From Selaginella moellendorffii (Eukaryota; Plantae; Lycopodiophyta): a DNA stretch of 64,000 bases. Position numbers and translations under genes: made by a program. Of this stretch, positions 35,401 to 48,408 are shown piece by piece. The notes under the pieces are model-generated. The model saw only the letters and a program-made list of their open reading frames with translations, made no database searches and was not told where the DNA came from. Numbering within the stretch: the stretch's first letter is position 1; every line of letters starts with the position of its first letter. The stretch is taken from NCBI RefSeq assembly GCF_000143415.4, contig NW_003314369.1:124001-188000 (forward strand), written 5' to 3'.

Positions 35401-38400
35401 TTGTCGAAACTGCTGTCAAGGATAGTTTGAGATTTGTTGAACTTCTGGAGAATTTTGAAATCTGCAAGTCTTGGCTTCATGACCTTCTTTGGCAAAGATC
35501 TGGCATTTGGAGATTTGGAGTTTACAGTCACTTGCCGGATGTCCTTTGTTCTTGCACTTAGTACACCAAATTCCAGATCGAAATTCTTTGATGTTGGCCT
35601 TGGCCTTTCCCTTGAGCTTGTTGATTGTTTTCCTGAGTTTCCAAAGTTTTGACTTGGCGCTCTCTCCGAGTTCATCGTCGGAGTCATCATTGGAACTGCT
35701 ATCGGAATCTGAGTCGTCGGTGTTGTCGACTTGTGCTGTCATTCGTCGAGCTTGAACATCTTGAAGTGCTCTTGCTAGTTCAAGGTAAGTGGCAATGTTG
35801 ATGTGTGCCGCTGCTTCTCGGAGGGATTGTTAGAGGCCTTGCATGTACCATTGTTAAAGTAAAGTTTCAGTGGCGCTTTTGCTGCACTTGCTGGCATGTC
35901 AAGTGAAGGTTTGAGTGTAGTCGTCGATGGATTGACCAGACTTCTACTTGAGTTTTTGGATCTTGTGAAGTTGTTGGCTTTGAGTGAGGGAAGACTTGAA
36001 TCGGTCGACAAGCTTGAGTGCAAGGTTGTCAAAACTTGTATTTTGAGGAAGCGTTTGAGACCATTCGTTAGCTCTCTTTTGAAGGTACACCAGAAGTAGT
36101 ATGGGAGTTCAGTCGTTTGGCCGTTGATTCAGATTGCTTCTCGGAACTGTTCGACTTGTTTCTCAGCGTCTTCTGACTTCAGACCATGAAATAGTGGATA
36201 GGAGACGTGTCTTCCTACAGGTATGTTGGCGTCGGCGGTAGTGACTGCCATTTGCGGTTGGTAGTAATGTCGATATTGTCAAGGTTGTTTTTTCAAGTTC
36301 TCACCATGGAGTCTGAAGGTGATTTGTAGCAAGGGGTTGTCGGGGTTGATGGCAAAGTTGGTGTAGGAGGAAGCTGGTGGATTGTTAGTGGACTCTCCTC
36401 TGTTTTCTCTTCCTTCTTGGGACTCTTTTTGGGTGTGTTCGTTGGCATCGGGTTGCTTGCCGGTGTTGATTTCCGGAAGATGCTAGTCAAACTTGTTGTC
36501 GACATACTTTTCAGAGTTATGTTATGTTGGTTGTGGTTGTTTTTCTAGATTGTCGAAGAGTTCTTCGAGTGTATAGTTGTGTGATGATTGTGGTTGTTGT
36601 TGAAGATTGTTGTCGTCGACAATTGGTTCGTTGACCTTGTTGTTGTTAGATGATTGTAGCTGTTCATCAGCTCAGTGTGAGTTGTTGACTTCTTCGTCAA
36701 GTGCTTAACTATTAGACAATTCAGTTGTTCATCTTCACTACTGTTGACTAGGTATATCGAAGTGCAACTGTAGTGGGTGAAGTCGAGTTGTTGTCTTGTT
36801 GGTGCATTGAAGTCAAAAGTGTGTTCAAAAGGTCTTGCTGATAGTGGGCTTCGGTAGATGTTGGAGGCAAATGTTGGATATATTGGTGCTGTGAAAATGG
36901 CGAAAATGGTGCTGGTTTGGTGAATTCTGTAAAGCCGGGTGGGAAACTCAGTTGTTCATCGTCACCATAGATGGGGTTGGTGAATGTATCGTTGTATGCT
37001 GCTTGAAAAATGTTTTGTTGCTCAGGCATAGTCTGTGGCGACTGCTCAAATGGCTCGGGCACTTCAGTGGGTGCCATTGAGGGTGTTGGTTCAGGCTTGG
37101 GCACTTTGGTGGGTGCCGTCGAGGGTGCTGCCGGTGGTGTGTCTGGTGGTCTTGTGTAGTTGTCGTATTCTTCACGGATGTCCGAGACTAGTTCGTCGGA
37201 GTTAGTTAGCGGTAACAATTTGTGTCAGATGTAATTCTCTCTCTTGGAGGGTTTGATAGCTTGGTTCAACTTCTCTTGGTCTTTCTTTCTCTTTGTTTTT
37301 AAATTCTTTAAATCTCTATCTAAACGTCAGATAAGCCATTGTCAATCTTCTTCTGACTTGCTGGATGTTCTTCATGGTTTTGGATACATGCATTCTTCTA
37401 CTTGTTGTTGGTGTCAGACTCGTGTCCGCAGACAAATTCTGTGTTGATCCAAAATGCTGAAACAAATTTAATTTCGTAAAGTAATCGAAAATAAAACAAC
37501 TCTAATTGTCCTAAGGGTCCTAGAAGTTCTTCCCCATGGAAAAGTATGCCATTAGTCAATTGAACAAAGTGACTCCAGGGAAGGAGGTCTCGAGTCTTCT
37601 GTCAGATGAGTTCCTGAATGTCGTCAGGGAGTGTTCGAACTTGTTGGAGTAGTTGTGTCAAGTCGATCATGCAGTTCTATCAGAACTTTGGGGAGACTGT
37701 CGGTGGTCCGATTGTCGATAAAGTCGTCAAGAATCGGGTAACGATGGATCTGGTCGGCTTGTTTCTTGAGCTTGTTCTTTCTTTTCGGTGCAAATGTCAA
37801 CGGTGGTGCGTGTTGGGTTGGGTTGGGTTGTGTCGAGTCGGGTTGAGCTGAGTTGGATTGTGTTTAGTTGGGCTGTGTTGGGTCGAGTTGGCTTGTGTAG
37901 TATGCAGACTGGTCATCCACTTGCCGGTGCCGAGATGGAGTTCAATGAAGAGTTTGGGATACTCTGGTTTGTCTGGAATGATTTCTTCAATAATGTCATC
38001 GAGTTGTTCGAGTCCGAATCGGGCGATGGCATGATTTGTGAGAGTTGTTGCAGTGAACGTGTTGACTTCAAACCAAGTTCAGACTGTTGTTTCGGTGCTG
38101 AGCTGCTGACTATCGGAGGGGTTGCCGAAAAATTGGTGGTGCGTTGTTGAGTTGTCCCTCGACAAGTTCTCCAACACCAGGTAACAGAGTGTGATTGGTT
38201 TGTCGTTGGTGCAGGTCCAGAGGATGTGCTTCGGTATTGGGAGTGGGCGCAGGAACGGGAATTGTGTTGGAGTGCTGGGATTGCCGGGTCAATGACTGCT
38301 CAGAAGAGCAGTTCATTTCAGCAATGGTGTCAGTTCGTGTTGAGTGCACTGGTTGAGTTCTTGAGCTTGGAGTGTGTGTTCTTGTGCTTGGAGTTGGAGT

Positions 38401-38803
38401 TGGCCAATGAAGTTGCCAAGGGCGTCCTCTGATGGAGGTGCTAGTCACCTGGAGTTTCTTGTCGAAGGTGGTTGTTGGGGTAGAAACGCAGTTGTTAGTT
38501 GAATCGTGTTGTGTCATAGTTGTTGGAGTTCTTCGTCGGTGATTGGACTCAGAGATCTTGAGAGAGAGCTTTCAGATTCTTCAAAGATCTCCTCTGGGAA
38601 GCGTCTTCCTCTACTGCATTAGGTGGCGACTGCTTGGACGCCGTTGATCCATGTTGGTGGTGGCATTTGCTTGTCAAATCTTGGTGAATCTTGGCGAGTT
38701 GGGTAGATTTCTTAATCTTTCATGCTATCTGTGCACACAGAATGGAGAAAGAACTGAAGAACTTGTGAACCTGAAGAGGAATTCAGAGGCCGTGGTCACC
38801 AAA

Positions 38804-39070
38804 TGAAGAGGTGTGGATACTCCTCTTCGCTAGATATCTACTGCTAATGAGAAAACAAAGGGGGAAAGATCTCCAGGGGCTAAGAGGGAAAGATGAGTGA
38901 ATGAATGTTGTGTATTGATATAAAAACAATGAATGGAGATGGGGATTCACAACTTGGATTCCCCCCCTTAAAGGCTAGCGGTTCTAACTGCCAGCATATG
39001 CTAACCAATGGTATATGCTGTACATGATCAAATCTATGGCTCCAAGGCATCCTTGGGTTCAGGGTCGACA
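38804..39070 (-). repeat. 5' LTR of the minus-strand gypsy element, with adjacent PBS (38791-38801)
   Basis: On the minus strand TGTCGA...TCTTCA, then TT, then TGGTGACCACG. Confidence 0.75.
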
Positions 39071-39142
39071 ATAGCATTTCAAATAAGCCCACTCTTTTTC
39101 TTCCAATAAAGGGCATAGCCTGTCCAGCCATAGGGCACACAG

Positions 39143-39700
39143 ATGTCGCAAAGGATTGCCAACGGCGAATTCTTGGAGCTTCTCTTCTTCAGGGTATCTG
39201 CAATCGATCTGTGCCATGTGAGGTGTATGTGCCGTGAATGGAAACAATCAGGAATTCGGGAATTTCTACTGCGGAGCTTGGAGGCTGGATGGATGAGAAG
39301 GGTACACTCGCTCCCACCGCTTCATTCCTCACCTCTGCCTCCATGTCGCCTCTGGTTCTCTCTTTGTCAAGCCAGTCGAGAATTCCCTGCGTAACAAGTG
39401 GCACCACTTCCAGACGCTCCCGAAGGGCATGATGATTGCCAGCAGTGACGCCAGCTTGCTGTGCCTGGCCACGTTTGAGTGCTTCAAGCGGCCATCCTCC
39501 ATCTTTGTGTGGCACCACAGCAATCTCAAATCCTCCCCGGTGAGAGTTCCTTTGCCGCCAGTGACCAACATTGGAGTGCGCATGGTGGTGTACAACTGCG
39601 AGAGGGATTGATTAGCATGATAGTTCTGCATCGGTGCTAACTTCGACGCTCCCCATTCTCCCACCACCTGGACAATTTTCGACACCAACAACCATTCACG
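39143..39700 (+). pseudogene. F-box-like gene remnant
   Basis: LELLFFRVSAIDLCHVRCMCREWK fits the F-box consensus. Frameshifted downstream. Confidence 0.65.
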
Positions 39701-41699
39701 TTGTAGTGCTTTGAATAGTTCTCTCTTAGGGCAATCGCGAGGCTCCGCTGTGGCATATTCATAAAGATTTGGGTCGCTTGATGCAAAAGAGCCTTTGTTT
39801 CATTCTTTCCAGGCCAGAAATTAGTTTTTGCCCCTTCGAAGTTCTTCTGGCCAAAAGCTGCCAGCATTCAAGATCAAGCACGAAACAACTCGTTAAAGAT
39901 TTGGGTTGCGTCATGCGTTTTCCTGCAGTATCCGGTGAGCATTCTCTCCAACAAGAGTGCGTCTCTTTTGGACCTGAGCTTGTCGAAAATGTGTGAGATT
40001 GATTGATTTACTTGTGCATCCAAGAGATGGCAAACTCAATCATCAGCAGTGCTGCAGCTTTTTATCACACTGGTCTCAACCTATGTCAAATGTAGCTTGA
40101 ACATCCAGCAATCGTAGAAAGCACTGTGTTCAATGAGATCAAGCTTCTTAACAAGCATTCAAACCAAGATAAAGTTTACACATTCTACAGATTCACAACA
40201 CCATGTTGGGATTCTATCCAAAATTCACTCATTGATAGTAAATGTAAGGCACATTTCTGGACTTCAATGTGTTAACTAGCATTCTTATAAGTCCAAATCA
40301 GCCGCAACAACTTTGTTGAGGTGGATGCATCCTAAAAGATCAGCCTACTCCCTGGTAAAATCAATTTTTAATCCTATTTAGAATATTTAAAAATATCCAA
40401 CGATATTCTAAGATATTCTTTAATCCAATGGCTATGATTTTCTGCACTTAAATTTTTTTAGTCAAATAATCTTATTAAAAAATAGCTGAAATTAATTTTT
40501 TATTTGATTAATTTCTAAACTAATTTTGTGATAATGAATGGCAGCAGAGTTTATTAGCAATTGAGTGTTGGGCCTCATGGCAACATGTACTAGAGGGGGC
40601 CAGTCTAGCATGGAAGCATGGAATTAATTGCAGAATTTTGATTGTTTAGCAATATTTGATTTTTTTGGGTTTTTTAAAATGAATATGGAAAGTAATTTTT
40701 TGGATATTTTATATAAATAAATTCATTTGCACAATCACATATTTGCCTACCATTCACTGAGGGTTTACTTCTATTAAAGTAATCTAAAACACACTACACA
40801 TGTGATCACTCCATACTCTTGGTCTTTGTGTGTGGTAATTTTCTTTCCAACACCAACATACATATCCTTCTATGAGAGAGATCACAGCATCATAGACTTA
40901 GTGTTTTATGTTTACCCAAGGAGTATTAGGAAATATGCTTGATGAAATGTTGATGAAATCTAAACTATCTAATTTCTTGGTATTGTTTTTCTATAGTTTA
41001 TATTAAGGTTAGAGTGATCCAGTGGCAAAAATCTTTTTTGCAACTCAATCTTCAGCTTGCATGTTTTACATCTTTTAAATAGGATATTTTCATGAAAATT
41101 TGTTTCTTTCAGCTTCTTTTTCTCCGAACTTCTTTCCTTCTTATGCTTTGTTTGTTTGTTTGTTTGGGTTGTTATCTAGTGAATATACTTAGGATATATT
41201 TAAATATTCTGGTTGTTTCATGTAGATTAATTTTGTATTTATAATGTATAAACATATTTAAAACAAGGCATTTCTTAGTATATTCTAATTTATTCTACCA
41301 TCTATGCAATAAAATTAATTTTGTGTTTATTTATAATTTATAGGCTTCCTACAGTGGTACAAAAAAATCGTAAAAAATAATTAAATTTTTTAAAATTTCA
41401 TTTATGAAAACTAGAGTTTAACCCTAGAGAGCTAATTAAAATAATTCATATGTGGCGAGCACAATCCACAACAGGTTTGGGGCCACAATGTGGAAACCTC
41501 AGGTCGGGAACATCTCTCAAGGTTATGACCATCACAACTACTCCCCACGCCTCAGTAAGGTTACTAATTGAGGACACACAAGAGGATTTTCTGTCAATGG
41601 CCACTACTCTCACTCAGCTTGGAGTTTGCCAGCATCCCAACATCACTTCTTCCGCTGACGATCCTGCACTGCTAGAAGATGTCCCCTCTCTGTCATCCT

Positions 41700-41905
41700 T
41701 GCCAGAAGAGGTCGTCATCGGCCCTGCTCCTTTCTTCCAAGGAGCACCCGCTTTCTTTGATGGTGCATGGTGTTCACAAAACCAGCAAGCAGGCATTGGC
41801 ATTTAGATCCATGACGCTCAAGAGAAAAAGATAGCAAAACTTGCATGCACACTCCCAGCTACATCCGCAAATGAGGCTAAATACCTGGCAGTGATCTCAG
41901 CAATG
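41700..41905 (+). pseudogene. RNase H fragment of LINE/RVT_3 type
   Basis: FFDGAWCSQNQQAGIGI*IHD...ATSANEAKYLAVISAM matches the FDGA...GIG...NEAEY.A RNase H motifs. Confidence 0.7.
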
Positions 41906-41914
41906 GAATCTCGT

Positions 41915-42340
41915 GCTGGAATTGTGAGCTCAATGCTGGCGCGCTCTGCTGGTGAAGATCCAGCAGCCAGCTACATTCTTGTGGCCAACGCAATCGCTCA
42001 AGAACCCTGAAAAGCTGGCGCATTGTCAATACCTAAGATCAGAATGATCGAAGGTACCTCTCCAAACTTTTCGTCCAGATATATGGCAAGTGTGGCAATG
42101 AAACATGCCGGATCCAGCGCAAGAACACGAGCATCATGCACCTTGACTCTAAACGGGCACATTCACGGGTGGTGGAATTCCTGCATGGAATGAGCTCAAC
42201 CAGAGATGCGTGAAACAGGAAGTACTGGCTGGGCTGTGTTGGTTTCACGAGCTGTACAGCCCAGGAAGGGCTGGCCTAAACGACAAAGCAGCCTGATCAC
42301 CTGCTGAAATCTGATCATCAATTGAGGTGCTTGATGCAAA
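41915..42340 (+). pseudogene. Duplicated PPR 3' end and downstream sequence (copy of ~10990-11320), with a PPR 5' fragment
   Basis: Near identity to the end of the first PPR gene (GEDPAASYILVANAIAQEP*). 42045-42100 matches 43335-43390. Confidence 0.85.
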
Positions 42341-42376
42341 ATGCAAATACCACAGCATCTTCAAAACATTTTAGCA

Positions 42377-43125
42377 TTAAAGATTAAATAGCGTGGTGGT
42401 GAAGGGGTCGAGTATTAACCACCATGGAATTGATTCCAAGCGGTGGTCAGAGGTCGATGCGCTGTAAGGGGTGCTCAAGAACTTGCTTGGTTCTTCTGTT
42501 AAGTCTTTTCTTTTCTGCTGTTGATCTTCACTGTTTTCCCTAGATCGATGAACTTCTTCCTTCTCTATGCAGCTACTGAAACTGTGACACATCCTGCTCA
42601 CAACCTTCTTGCAGCATGAGAAGAACTTCAAGAGTGCCAGAACGTTGCATATCCTGAGACCATGAAACGCCATCCTGATGCTTGATCTCAGAGAAAACTT
42701 GTACACTTTGTCCACTAGAGAGTTTGCCACCACCCATATACTATCCTTCCCATCACTACATGTCAAGTCATGCCACAGCCACGGATCATGAAACTCCTCG
42801 TTAGAGCATGACACAATCTCCCACTTCTCTCCCTGCCTCTCATCGACAATCAGTGCCTTGTCAATGTCATGTTTTGTGTCTTCGCTCATCCTCAAAAGCC
42901 ACTCCCGATCCAGCTGAATGTAGCAACCCAGCTCCAACTTGGTATCAGCCTCAAAAACTCGCCAAGAACCCTCCCAAAGCTTGTATTTTGCGATCTTCCA
43001 GTGGCTCGTGCAAAACACTTGCATTTCACCATGATTGGATAGAAGGACCTTCCCTGGCACAAATCAATTGCAGACATCTTGAAGAAGACAAGCTCCAGTG
43101 CCACGCTAACAATCCTTTGCTGCAT
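42377..43125 (-). pseudogene. F-box-like gene or pseudogene
   Basis: MQQRIVSVALELVFFKMSAIDLCQ is paralogous to the 39143 copy and is frameshifted into ORF 42377-43060. Its 3' part is duplicated in inverted orientation at 11370-11660. Confidence 0.55.
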
Positions 43126-43214
43126 CTTATTTGCCCAAGGGCTAGAGCTCTAGAAAAAGAGCGTGCTTTTTTGAAGAATGGTGTGTTCTTGAGAGAACGC
43201 GATATTGGGCATGG

Positions 43215-45092
43215 ATGAGAGCGCGCATTGAAAGTCTTGTCCGTCTCATTCGAAGCTGTGGAGAATCCAGAGATTTACTCGCTGCCAAGAGCCTCCATGC
43301 CCGCATTGCCAACACCCCAGATCTACACGAGAACGATCGAAGGTACCTCTCCAATCTCCTCGTCCAGATGTATGGCAAGTGCGGCGATGTCGACCAAGCA
43401 CGCCGTGTGTTTGAGACGATCCAGCCCAAGAACACATTCTCGTGGAGCATCATGATGGGCGCCTTCACTCTAAACGGGCACGTCCACGACGCCAAAGCCG
43501 TGTTTGATGCAATGCCATCGCGGGATGTTGTGGCTTGGAACGCGCTGGTGGGATTGTTTGCACGGGCGGGGATGCTGGAATCGGCGAAGATGGTCTTCGA
43601 CAAGAGCCCGGGGTGGGATCCGGCGTCCTGGACGAGCTTGGTGATGGAACTTGCCCAAAAGGGGCATCTTGACGAAGCAAAGTCCCTCTTTGATCGATGC
43701 CTCCACAAGGATGTGATTCTCAATACCGCAATGCTCACTGCGTTTGTCCAGCACAGGCGAATAGATGGCGCCAAGTCTGTGTTTGATTTGATGCCGCAAA
43801 GAAACGTAGTCTCGTGGAACGCTCTCATTTCTGGATTTGCCAAAGGCGGGAATCTCAAGCATCTGCGAGAGCTATTTGATAGAATGCCGCACTGGGACTC
43901 TGTGGCCTGTACGGCAGTGATCGCAGCCCTTGGTAACGCGGGGAGGATTGAGGAGGCCGAGCTTGTGTACGGCCTCATGGCCGAGCAGAGCGACGTGTCG
44001 TGCACCGCCATGTTCCTGGCATATGCCGAGAACGGGCATCTGGAGGATGCCGAGCGCATATTCTCAGGGCTAAAGCACAGCAAGGACGTTGTGGTGTGGA
44101 CCGCAATGCTGGTGGTGTACGGCCAGAAGGGCTTTGTGGAGTCATCGAAAAGAATCTTTAGATGCATGCCAACGAGGAATCTTGTGACGTGGAACGCGAT
44201 GGTTCAGGCATATGCCGAGAATGGGAATCTGGATCTCGCGCACGCGGCGTTCCACAGGATGCCTGCCACTGACGTGGTGTCATGGAACGCGTTGAGCACG
44301 GCATTGGCGATGAACGGCGAGATCGACGCCGCGTGGCACGTTTTCGACTCGGTCAGGCCCGAGAAAAACCTCCAGTCGTGGAATGGGGTTATGGTGGTGG
44401 CTGCCCAGTCGGGGCAGGCCAAGCGGCTCTTCGATACGTGTCCAAAGTGGGACGTTGTCTCGTGGACGGCCCTGATCGTCTCGTACGGGCAGCACGGATC
44501 CCTAGCCGAGGCAGAGTCGGTGTTCGAATCCGCGTGTGCCCATCTCGACCCCGCTTGCTGGAATGCTATGATTGTAATTTTTGTCCAAAATGGCCACCTG
44601 GCCAAAGCCAGGGGCTTGTTTGAGAGAATGGCCACCCGGGATTCTATAACCTGGAACGCCATGGTGTCGGCTCACGCACAGAATGGCCACCTTGACGTGG
44701 CAGTGGAATTCCTGCACGGAATGTGCCTTGAGGGGAGGAAGCTCAATCCGGAATCTTTTAGATGCATTCTCGTTGCGTGTAGCTACGGTGGTAACGTGGG
44801 TGAAGCATGGAAGTACTTTGTGTCACTGAGGGGTGACCATGCCATAAACCCGTCCAAGGACCATTACTGTTGCATGGTTGATACTTTGGGACGAGCTGGG
44901 AGGCTGAGTGAGGCGCAAGAGCTTATTTGTGCCATGCCTTACATTGCTGATGTGGAGTGGGCATCTTTGCTTGCCTCTTGTGCTACTTACAAGGATGACT
45001 ATCGAGCCAAACAAGCAGCCAACGTTCTTTTCAAGCTCCAGCCAGAAATCTCAGCGCCTTATGTCACATTATCAAATGTTTATTGTGGGTGA
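43215..45092 (+). CDS. PLS-class pentatricopeptide repeat protein with E domain
   Basis: NLLVQMYGKCGDVDQARRVF, tandem VVSWNAL repeats, HYCCMVDTLGRAGRL..A, YVTLSNVY. Intact 625-aa ORF. Confidence 0.95.
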   Translation: MRARIESLVRLIRSCGESRDLLAAKSLHARIANTPDLHENDRRYLSNLLVQMYGKCGDVDQARRVFETIQPKNTFSWSIMMGAFTLNGHVHDAKAVFDAMPSRDVVAWNALVGLFARAGMLESAKMVFDKSPGWDPASWTSLVMELAQKGHLDEAKSLFDRCLHKDVILNTAMLTAFVQHRRIDGAKSVFDLMPQRNVVSWNALISGFAKGGNLKHLRELFDRMPHWDSVACTAVIAALGNAGRIEEAELVYGLMAEQSDVSCTAMFLAYAENGHLEDAERIFSGLKHSKDVVVWTAMLVVYGQKGFVESSKRIFRCMPTRNLVTWNAMVQAYAENGNLDLAHAAFHRMPATDVVSWNALSTALAMNGEIDAAWHVFDSVRPEKNLQSWNGVMVVAAQSGQAKRLFDTCPKWDVVSWTALIVSYGQHGSLAEAESVFESACAHLDPACWNAMIVIFVQNGHLAKARGLFERMATRDSITWNAMVSAHAQNGHLDVAVEFLHGMCLEGRKLNPESFRCILVACSYGGNVGEAWKYFVSLRGDHAINPSKDHYCCMVDTLGRAGRLSEAQELICAMPYIADVEWASLLASCATYKDDYRAKQAANVLFKLQPEISAPYVTLSNVYCG

Positions 45093-47579
45093 TTCAGTGT
45101 CATACATAATTACTCTAAGTGTACTTCAGACTCAATCCATCCAAAACCTGCTGTGCAAATGCCATGCAGCACATTCTAAGTACCTCCTGCATTCATCGCC
45201 TCCAAGCTCAAGTGTCTACCAGACATCTCTCTTCAGCTCTTCCATTAGCTTGGACCTAGATCTTTAGCAGTCAAATCCACCATGCTCAGTGGTACTCGTC
45301 TCTCAAGTAGTAAGTTCCCACCATTCTTGTATTTTGTGTGAGGATTGTCTCATAAAAATCTGTGCCATTGGCTAATTTCTCCTGCAAAGTCTTGAGATTG
45401 TGGTTAGCAATCCCAATAATCTCCTGAGTATCAACTTTGCCATTCTGAATCTGGACGAAGCCTTCAGGAACAAGAACATCATAGGACCACTTATAGGGAT
45501 GTCATGACAACCACAGTCCCATGGCCATTTTGGATGGTTACCATCGCATGCTTAGCTGCGTGCGTAGAGACTGCCTTGAAACAGTGCATCTGACTTTGAA
45601 TTGTGTTCTGCAAACTTCCGTTTAACCTGCTCAGTTTTAATGTTTTAGGTTTGCGTCTTTTGGCTGCCTGTAGAACATGTCATTTGTCATGCACGAATAT
45701 AATTTGTCCTCCATTCTTAGACCCAGAGCCTGGATCCTCTTCAACTTCAGCCACTGTAGCTTTCTTCATCCTTGTCCTCCATTGTAACTACTTCTACATG
45801 ATCTTCAGATTCTTCAGGTGCACGCTTGCACTTTCTAAGTTTCTCCACCCTGTCAATGAGCTCTGGGCCTCTGTACAACTCCTTTGTCCGAAGGGATCGT
45901 GGTGCCTTTCACTGCATAATATTTCTATGCTGACACCAAAGTGAAGTTGGCAGTGAAGAGATCTCCGTTGTAGTAGTTTGGAGCAATCTCTGCAGGGTTC
46001 GTAACTCTGCCATTTGTTATCCACTGGCCATGAATTATTTTAATTAGTTAATTAGGCTTTTCCCTAAATTGATGTAAACAAAAGGGAGCCCTTTTAACCT
46101 CAGTGAAAAATTTGTTATGTTGGTTTTTTCATAAATGAAATTTTAAAAAATTTAATTAATTTTTACAACTTTTTTGTACACTGTAGCATGCAACCACACT
46201 CCCATATAAATCATGTTTAAGTTTGTAACAAACAAATTTCAAGATCCATCTAGAGATGATTTGGCTAGCAATAATCAATCATAAAGACTAGGTAGTCTTA
46301 GTGTTATTATTATTAATATTATTTATTAATCCAATTGATAAAATGGATTTCTATAAATATAGATAAACACAAAATTAATTTTATTGCATATAGAATAAAC
46401 TAGAATATACTAAGAAATGCCATGGTTTAAATATATTTATACATTATAAATACAAGATTAATCTAAATAAACAACAAGAATATTCAACTATATCCTAGGT
46501 ATATTCACTAGATATTAGAGCTACTAAAGCTCATAACAACCCAAAAAGCACATGTATGTACACAAACAAAGCATAAGAAGGAAAGAAGTTGGGAGAAAAG
46601 CTGAAAGAAGCAAATTTTCATGAAAAAATCCTATTCAAAGGATGTAAAACATGCAATCTAAAGATTGAGTTGCAAAAACGTTTTTTGCCACTTTGCCAAT
46701 TGATGTCTAACCACTCCCTTGCAATGGATCACTCTAGCCTTAGTATAAACTACTTAGAATATAGAACTGCAATGCCTAATCATTATACTTCTATTAATAT
46801 AATCTAAAACACAATACATATGTGATCACTCCATTCTCTTGGTCCTTGTATGTGGTAATTTTCTCTCCAACCCCAATATACACACCCTTCTATTGGAGCT
46901 TAGATCGGCCTTTATTTAGTGTTTTGTGTTCACTTGAGGAACTATTAAAGAAACATGCTTGATGAAATCTAAACTATCTAATCTCTTGGTATTGTTTTTT
47001 TAGGCAAATATGAGATTGTGCAAATGAATTTATCTATATATAATAAATATATCCGAAGAATTACTTTCCATATTCATTATTTTTTAAATCAAAAATTAAA
47101 CTTCTGCAGTTAATTCCATGCTAGACTGCCTCTAGTACATGTTGCCATGAGGCCCAACACTAATGCTAATAAACTATGTTGCCATTCATTGTCACAAAAC
47201 TAGTTTAGAAAGTAATCAAATAAAAAATTATCAGGTAGTTTTAAGGTAATTTCACTTAATTTCTTTATATCACTTCCCATTAGTGATAAACAAGATTATT
47301 TAACTAGAAAAAATTTAGGAGCTGAAAATCATAGCCATTGGATTAAATAATATCTTAGAATATCATTAGATACTAGAAATTTGATAGGCAGTTTTGCTTT
47401 GTTTCAAGGGCCTAAATGCAGGAGAAGGAGCTGCTTGAGAGCTATGGAGTTGTCGGGCTTTAAAAAACTTGAGGTAAAGGTCTTGAGATAGAGATAGAGT
47501 TCTATGAGTTGTACAGTTTTTGGAGTTTTAGATTGTCTATGATCCCATAAAGAGGTATGAAGAGTTCACCAAGGAGCTC

Positions 47580-48025
47580 CAAAGCTTGGGTGGTTTTGCT
47601 CAAAATCTTACATTATTTTTGCCATCCAAGGTATGTATAGTTTTCCCAAAGTTTTCTTCTTGGATAGAGCTAAAGAACTTTATAACCAGATCAATGTTTT
47701 CTTGGGAATCATGAGCAAGAGACCTGATGGCTACCACGATTTAACATCTCTCTTTCATGTAAGCTTCTGGGTTTTTTTTTTTTTCTTCTTGTTCTAGTTT
47801 CTCAAGAAACTTTTCACTCAGGTGATTAGCCTGGGAGATACTTTAAAGTTTTTAGTCTCTCCTTCTAAAAAGAAAGACTCACTTACAACAAATGTGTTTG
47901 GAATCTCACTTGACAACTCAAACTTGGTAAAACTATCCATTCCTTTGTTTCTGAGGATTTACAAAACATTTGTGTGATTCTTTGGCAAGGTGATCAAAGC
48001 TCTAAATCTTTATAGAAAGAAGACC
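47580..48025 (+). pseudogene. ISPE: 4-diphosphocytidyl-2-C-methyl-D-erythritol kinase fragment (copy 1, with introns)
   Basis: LTLFLPSK|INVFLGIMSKRPDGYHDLTSLFH|VISLGDTLKF...|VIKALNLYRKKT. Confidence 0.85.
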
Positions 48026-48408
48026 AGGAGAGACACATACTCGCCATCCCAGCATACTCGTCGACGGCCTAGACGCGAGTGAATCCAAGAAGGTGAATGC
48101 CCACATTGTGTACCATGGCCAAGATCCTGCACACCAAGCTCTCCAAGGCACAGCCATAGCTGCGTGCTTGCCCGATCAAATGCCTCACGTCCACCACCTC
48201 CATTCTGCCCTAGCATACTCCACCAAGGAGCAAGCAATAGATAAGTTCGTACAAAACTGTAAAATAGAAGCCGCTTAAACAAACAAAAGTGTGGTTGAGT
48301 TTTCGCTTTTTGTCTCTTGTGTTTATAATTGAGTTAGTGGTCTAAAACACCAGGCCGTCGGATTCTAGGGCGCCAGGGTTTTGAGATAGGGTTTCAGCTA
48401 AGGAGGAA

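Larger units (their letters stand above)
16270..39070 (-). mobile_element. Decayed non-chromovirus Ty3/gypsy element (Athila/Tat-like group), interrupted by a DNA transposon; 3' LTR missing
   Basis: 5' LTR 38804-39070 and PBS TGGTGACCACG. gag with two zinc knuckles (CTKCKNKGHPASDC; ~35450-35580), protease MIDSGSSINI (~34420), RT/RH remnants 32870-33700 with the RT core deleted, integrase 18300-19660, extra 3' ORF. Confidence 0.85.
40395..47370. repeat. ~1-kb AT-rich inverted duplicate arms (40395-41410 and 46125-47370)
   Basis: ttgggcctcatggcaacatgtactagagg (~40569) is the reverse complement of ~47130-47158, and 41370-41410 is the reverse complement of 46125-46170. Confidence 0.85.

Noticed and set aside
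43142-44717. Long antisense ORFs over the PPR genes (also 10006-11077) and over the transposase (21251-22129)
   Set aside because: Shadow ORFs of GC-rich coding sequence with no recognisable motifs.
45200-46024. Another F-box-like remnant on the minus strand
   Set aside because: Similarity is too weak and fragmented to support a call.
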